Shown: piece by piece, positions 58,428 to 64,000 of the stretch
How the letters are laid out: every line of letters begins with the position of its first letter
How positions within the stretch are numbered: position 1 is the first letter of the stretch
NCBI GenBank assembly: GCA_054600435.1
Contig: BAAIJX010000042.1
Location: 1-64,000 of the forward strand
Reading direction: 5' to 3'
DNA: 64,000 nucleotides
DNA from: Neophaeotheca triangularis
Taxonomy: Eukaryota
Notes under the pieces: generated by a model
Seen by the model: the letters and a program-made list of their open reading frames with translations, nothing else
What the model was told of the DNA's origin: nothing
The model's database searches: none
Program-made: the position numbers and the translations under genes

Positions 58428-59189
58428 ATGAGTATCCGCCCAGCAGCAACACTCACCAAAACCATTCGCACCCTCCTCATAGCTTCCTCCTGGCTCCCAA
58501 CAGCCCGCACTCAACTCCCTAATACCCACTTCGCCCGCAACCTCTCCGCCGCAACAATGCCCAACTCAATCCCAAACGACATCTATCAATATTCATTGCA
58601 AGGTGCCTACACGGCTGGTCACCAGACTGGTGGTCCCCCCGTAGCCTTCCTAACCAACCACGGCACCCACGGTATCGGATATTTCCAGAATGGCGCCAGC
58701 GACATGATTCAAATCGACAGCACCGCTTACTCACTCTCCAAAGACGGTTCGGCGGCGAAAGCTGGGCAGGAGATGCAACTCCCTTTCGTCAAAGTCTGTG
58801 TTTTTCAACCGAGCTTCCGCACCCGTGTACCCGCTGGTACGACACTCGCGGCGCTGAGGGAGACGCTGCAGCAGAGTGCTTCGCAGGGCAAGGGGAGGAA
58901 TACGCCCATGCCTTTTAGCGTGCAGGGTAGTTTTAAGAGCTTGGAGACGACGGGTGGGAAGGGGTTCGAGGATGTCAAGGGCGTGGTTTTTGGCTTTTCT
59001 ATACCGGTTTGGCAGGCTGGGGTTAGTGGGGAGGGACTGCAGTGTTGTTTTTTGAGCGAGGATAGGCAGAGTGGTGGGCGGGTGCGGGAGTTTGAGACGG
59101 CCGAGGGGGCTACGGTGGAGTGGGCGAAGTGTGGGAGGTTTCATTTGGGGTTTCCGCAGGATGAGCAGTTTGAAGGTTTGTCGATATGA
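58428..59189 (+). CDS. Alpha-acetolactate decarboxylase-fold protein, apparently lacking catalytic residues
   Basis: IYQYSL..AG..HGTHGIGYF..MIQIDSTAY..LPFV..F.P, GVVFGF..P.W..GVS..G...FLSEDRQSGG.V. Alternative ATG at 58557. Confidence 0.8.
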   Translation: MSIRPAATLTKTIRTLLIASSWLPTARTQLPNTHFARNLSAATMPNSIPNDIYQYSLQGAYTAGHQTGGPPVAFLTNHGTHGIGYFQNGASDMIQIDSTAYSLSKDGSAAKAGQEMQLPFVKVCVFQPSFRTRVPAGTTLAALRETLQQSASQGKGRNTPMPFSVQGSFKSLETTGGKGFEDVKGVVFGFSIPVWQAGVSGEGLQCCFLSEDRQSGGRVREFETAEGATVEWAKCGRFHLGFPQDEQFEGLSI

Positions 59190-59706
59190 TAACTTTACAC
59201 TTTGCTGATACTACAGATTGAAGCCTAGGTTTTCAAGCCTGGACATATTAGTTGTCCATTTAGCAGACTTCCGGCAAACACAGAAGACCGATGGCAGCGA
59301 CTATGCCTCTAACTAGATCCTGAAGAGTGTACCTCTATGCTCACCCAAACGCTAAGCCTTTGGGCTTGGCAACACATGCTCGGTGATTTTCTTCGTAAGT
59401 CTCCCTACGTGGAAGAGCAGTGCTCCGCTTGCGCATTTGTTGCATACCTAGTTCGGACTCCTTTCATACGGCGATACTACTCACCTTGCATTCTTTGTCT
59501 GCGTGCGGCACTTTGTTACGCTGCCAGACGCGTGTGCAGACAAAGATGATCGTCATCAGCCGAAAAAAGTAAGAACTGCTAAATGCCAGCTAACTTTGGT
59601 CCGTATATAATGTCGATTGACATGACAACCGTCTTACCCTTTTCCTTCAATCAAAACATTTCTTCCGAGCCAGTGGCCACGTTGAAAGTTCTTGAGGTAG
59701 CTTGCG

Positions 59707-61675
59707 ATGCCGAACGCCCCAAATCCAGGATGGGTGGCCTACCGCACATGGGGAAGAGCACTGGCCGAGCGCTGGTCCGACGACGGGGATAACAACATCT
59801 CGACTCGAAAACGTGACAGCAGACTTCAGAAGGAGTACAATACTCTTAAAGCCCAAAAGACGCTTCGTGAAGACGTCAAAAAGCTCGAGCAATTTGCTGG
59901 TCTACCCAACGACGCAGAACGACTGGCTGACCCAGAAGCACGACAGCGCCTGTATCCAAACTATACAGAGCTGTGGACGGAGTTGAAATCAATCTCCAAC
60001 GACGCTACGGAATATCAAGACCTCTGGGCCCAAATCGCTGCCTGGCTCGACAATGTCGACAAGAAATGGCCGCCACAGGGTCTGCAAAGCTCAGCCATCT
60101 TAGCGAAGATCAGGCACGAGAATGCAGTCAGCGAGCAGATGCAGAACTGCATCGCTGCGCTGAGGCGCATTGAAAGCGGTGCTCCCCGCGCCGGTTTCTT
60201 CACCACCGAGGAGCCCTCCCACGAAGACATGCTAGACGAATTCGACGAAGCAGGACGAGATAAGAAATGGTTGGAAGAAATCAAACCCTTTCCCAACAAA
60301 GATGCGAACCTCGTGGGGCAAGGAACTTTTGGGACGGTCAGAGCCTTTTCCACTGCAGACGAGAGCAACCGCTTAGTCGACCGTGTGGCGGTGAAAGAAG
60401 TCATATTGTCGACGAAAGACCAGAAGAGAGAAGAAACTTGGCAAGGTGGTGATAAGCAATCCCGCATACGCTTAGCTGAAGCCTGGCTCCACAGCTTAAC
60501 GAGCGGTCGCCACTTCGGTGACAACAACATTGTCGGCTACAGGAACTGGACTCAAGTCGTGCCATCGAAGAAAAAGAAGGAAAGAGACGATTTCACCGCC
60601 AAGATCTATATGGCTTTCTATCCGAAGGGATCTCTAAGAGGCTTGGTCAAAGAGTACGAGGACGAAGTGCGGCTTCAGGAAACACCTGCACAGAAAATTG
60701 CGGCCATGTTCCCGGAGAATTTCCTGTGGTCGGCGTTCCACAGTCTAGTGACTGCGGCATGTATCATGAAGCATGGGAGAAAGCCTGGATACGGGGAGAG
60801 CTGGGCCAGTGAAGTTGTACATTTCGACATCAAGCCTGACAATGGTGTGTGCTCCCTTAGTTCTCGCTGCTATGCAATGGATAGATGAAGCTAACGCCCG
60901 GTACTAGTTTTCCTGACGGACCCTCGGACGGACGGCAAATACCCAAAATGTCTCAACTTGGAAGTAAGTAGGTCCGCTGCAAAAAGGTAGGCCGGACCTG
61001 TGCTAAATCTTCTAGCTTGGCGACTTCGGTATTGCTGCCGACATCGAGGAAAGCTGGCTGGACGAGAAGGGCAACCCTGAGATCTTCATTGGCGGTGGCA
61101 CCTTCGCCTGGACTGCGCCCGAGCTAAAAGGATACGGGGAAAGCGGAAATGAACCCAGCCATCATGCGGACCGCCTCGAGTCGCGCACCGACGTTTTCGC
61201 CATTGGCCTAGTCATGATGGGAATGATGAACCTCACATCGATGAAATCTTTCGATCTCGAGGATCATGATGACGACGACGACCATTTTCCCCCACTGAGA
61301 GGATTCTCTTACATGGCAGCAGAGGACAATCCATACGGACACGAGCTGAAGACGAACCCAGGCGAGCCGGAGTTCTTGGTCTGGGCCAGGGCGAAATATT
61401 CGCAGCAGCTTAGATTCTTACTTCTCAAGTGCCTGGATCCGAATCCTGCGGCGAGGCCAGAGGTCGATGATTTGTATCGGGAAATTTGCAAGCATGTCCG
61501 GGATCCGGCTTTCAACAAAGAGAAACCTGTGACGAGTATCGAGGCGGGGGGTGTACAGTCCATGGCTGTTCCGGACGAAGGCATATTTGCGCTTACTCCA
61601 AATGATGGTGATGAAGGAGATGATGGAAGCGAAGAGGATGACGCCGAAATGGAAGTCTCTTCCGACTCTGGATAG
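59707..61675 (+). CDS. Divergent Ser/Thr protein kinase (non-RD); introns 60845-60907 and 60964-61015
   Basis: GQGTFG, VAVKE, HFDIKPDN|VFL, LGDFG, GT..WTAPE, TDVFAIG, CL...PAARP; acidic tail. Confidence 0.88.
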
Positions 61676-62340
61676 ATAGTGCGTGGTCAGATCGTCCATT
61701 CAAGAATGAGGTTTTGTTCCCGATCAAGACCCTCAATCCGGGTAGAATGGCTATAACTTTCGGCTCTCAATCGGTCAGGACCTGATGTTATGACAGGGAA
61801 ACGGGATCGCTAACAGCGGCCATTACGCCCGTGCTTTTGAATATAGAGTGTGTTCTGAATGGTATATAGTCGACAAAGAGATTCTTCATGGCCTGGTGTC
61901 CAAGGCTACAGCAGGCTAATGATCGCTGAGTAGCAGCTCGCCACGGATGATCGGAAGACTTTGAAATCGATTTGTGGTGTAGTATGCTTGCGAAGCTGTA
62001 TGAGCTGATGTTTGTATAGGAAAATAAAGTTAACCAAGCTTTTAAGCATAACTTCCTGGCTACTCGTTAGCATTCTTAGCTTCAAATTCTTTTCCAACCA
62101 ATTATTTGCACGGCATAGAATGAGGATAAAAAATGGAACACTATCGATACTTGTTTGGAGAAGATGGACTTGGAATGCATACTGGTAAAAAAATGAGCGT
62201 CAGATCGGGCCTTTGCAGCCTTCCCTCAAGGGACTGGCATCAACCGGGGACCGCCTAGCGAGGAGATGTTGATTGATCATAGCAAGCTGCCAGCAGCTTT
62301 GCCCTCATCTGCCATATTGAGGCACTACACTACGTCTATC

Positions 62341-62610
62341 TCATGGACGCGTATTCCACGCTTTCGTCAACGCTAGGTGGTCCTGATGCTCCTGCCAGTG
62401 CCTGATGGCCTCCGCCTCAGACATGCCAGGAGGTAGATGCTGATTGTGCTTCACCTTGTTCGGCCCGGAGATCTTACTGTCGTTGGATCGGCGAGGGTCT
62501 GATGCCTTTGCGGAAGCCTGACTTTTCGAGCTCGTAGCTTTCGGGATCAAAGGTTGAGTATCGAGGGGCTTGTTCTGGGTGCCCTGCTTAGCCTTGAATT
62601 TTCCGAACAT
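62341..62610 (-). CDS. Small hypothetical basic protein (89 aa)
   Basis: ATG in AAAATC-ATG context; MFGKFKAKQ...TKAWNTRP; no recognisable domain. Confidence 0.35.
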   Translation of the reverse strand: MFGKFKAKQGTQNKPLDTQPLIPKATSSKSQASAKASDPRRSNDSKISGPNKVKHNQHLPPGMSEAEAIRHWQEHQDHLALTKAWNTRP

Positions 62611-63382
62611 GATTTTCGATGGAGTGTGTTGAGTTGTGTTTTGGGATAGACGTACTGAAGTGGAAGAAGTTACTTGTTGAATGCGCGGTCGATATCGCTT
62701 GATTGAATGGTATGAGGCTTCGAAGATGCAGATGTTGTGGTTTCTGGTCGAAGGAAAGGGCCCAAGCGGTTGGAAGTATAGAGATATACCATGCCAACAA
62801 TGGGCCTTTGAGCACAACTTTACGAGCACAATGAAAGTACGTGATCTCAAAATAGTCATTGTGCTCCAACAAAGAATGTCCGCGTGTTTCTTTGACGCAA
62901 TCTTGGGATGGATCATGAATTAAATCATCAGCCCCAACCATTCGGTCAAGGCCGTAGACTCTTCAAGAGTACTTCAGGCACTGGGTAAGTAAGATGACAA
63001 GACATTTGGGGAGACATGGTGGAATAGCGTCAACAATGCCGTCTCGAATTCCTGTTCCAGATACCTGATCTGACAGGAAAGAGAAAAGAGATACATGGAG
63101 TGAGGGACGATGGAACAATGAGATGGGAGAAGAGAGATGGAGGGAATGGAAAGTAGATATCGAGGCCGCCAGGGCCACATTACATTTCAATCGGGGTCAC
63201 GGATGATGCCCAGTATCATCTGGTTCCCAAAACAACGCCAATGTCTCCGAGAATCAAGTATCGCCCGCTCCGCTTTAAAGCCGCAACTTCTTGCATGACC
63301 GGGACAAAAGAAAGACATACAACTTACCTCTCATCAACGACCTACCTCGTCAGCCCAGTCTCTAACATGGTAGCAACAAACT

Positions 63383-63895
63383 TCAGACAGCCGCACTCCT
63401 CAAAGGGTGCGGATGCCCCTTATCATTCTCCCTCAAACTCGCAGCCCTGTGCCTCTTGACCGGCGTTCCCTTACCAGCGGTCGCGACCCAGCTTTCAGCA
63501 GAGACGGGTGTCTTGCGGGTGTCTCGGACAGCTGCAGCGAGCTCAGGGGCGCCGTCAACGATATCACGGACCGGTGCATCATCAATTCCAGTACCAAGGT
63601 AGACTTGCGCGGGAGCGGAGATGATGGGGCGAGTGGGCGTTTTGCGGCAGTGGAAGACCTTGCTAGTCATCTTACTTAGGAAGGGTGTTCGGGGAGACTT
63701 GGGGGATTTGTTTGCTGGCGGGGACGGGGCTAGGGGCAGAGGTGTGAGGGTTTTGGTGCTTGGCTCGAAAACTAGGGTCTCGAGACCTGAGACTTCGGTT
63801 ACGGGGCGAGGTCTGGGTCCGCGGGTCCTCTTAGGCAGAATTGGAGGGACTGGGCTATCAAGCTCCAGTGGAGACGGCGGAGGAGAGGGATACAT
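63383..63895 (-). CDS. Hypothetical Pro/Ser-rich disordered protein
   Basis: ORF MYPSPPPSPLE...PIISAP... with coding-like composition; no domain recognised. Confidence 0.45.
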   Translation of the reverse strand: MYPSPPPSPLELDSPVPPILPKRTRGPRPRPVTEVSGLETLVFEPSTKTLTPLPLAPSPPANKSPKSPRTPFLSKMTSKVFHCRKTPTRPIISAPAQVYLGTGIDDAPVRDIVDGAPELAAAVRDTRKTPVSAESWVATAGKGTPVKRHRAASLRENDKGHPHPLRSAAV

Positions 63896-64000
63896 GGGTT
63901 TCAAGATTGCTAGCGGTGCTGGTGGCGATGAGAGAGAGTGTGTCGTAGCATTGCGCGAAGGGTCCGTAGAAGCTGATGGCGAAGTAGTTCCTGCACAGGT

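Noticed and set aside
61900..62170. AT-richer patch, possible RIP-degraded element
   Set aside because: Too short and featureless to support a mobile-element call.

Overview
Eukaryotic, intron-containing DNA from a filamentous ascomycete. Dothideomycete-like is my inference from the gene styles and the dispersed 5S genes. Conserved housekeeping genes are a probable Nup2-like first exon, an ADGF-type adenosine deaminase, ATG2, RPB1, SWD1, LCP5 and a TDG/MUG glycosylase. Between ATG2 and RPB1 (about 12.3-23.1 kb) is an accessory-looking block. It holds a signal-peptide-bearing FMN alpha-hydroxy-acid oxidase/dehydrogenase, a GPI-type surface protein, an NmrA-like protein, a decayed fungal transcription-factor gene, an intact vanadium chloroperoxidase and a second, peroxisomal (SKL) FMN oxidase. 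This block is my best candidate for an undescribed system: an H2O2-supplying oxidase paired with a haloperoxidase to make HOCl. Other notable items: RPB1 substitutions at alpha-amanitin-pocket positions, a head-to-head inverted pair of 5S rRNA genes, an A-T-R NRPS-like reductase beside a quinate-type permease, a GH5 gene with a broken frame and a PPGLAK/PPGQ motif, a triple-dsRBD protein, an acetolactate-decarboxylase homolog lacking its Zn ligands, and a strong C-rich to G-rich gradient along many genes. All homology calls are from motif recognition by eye; no searches were run.
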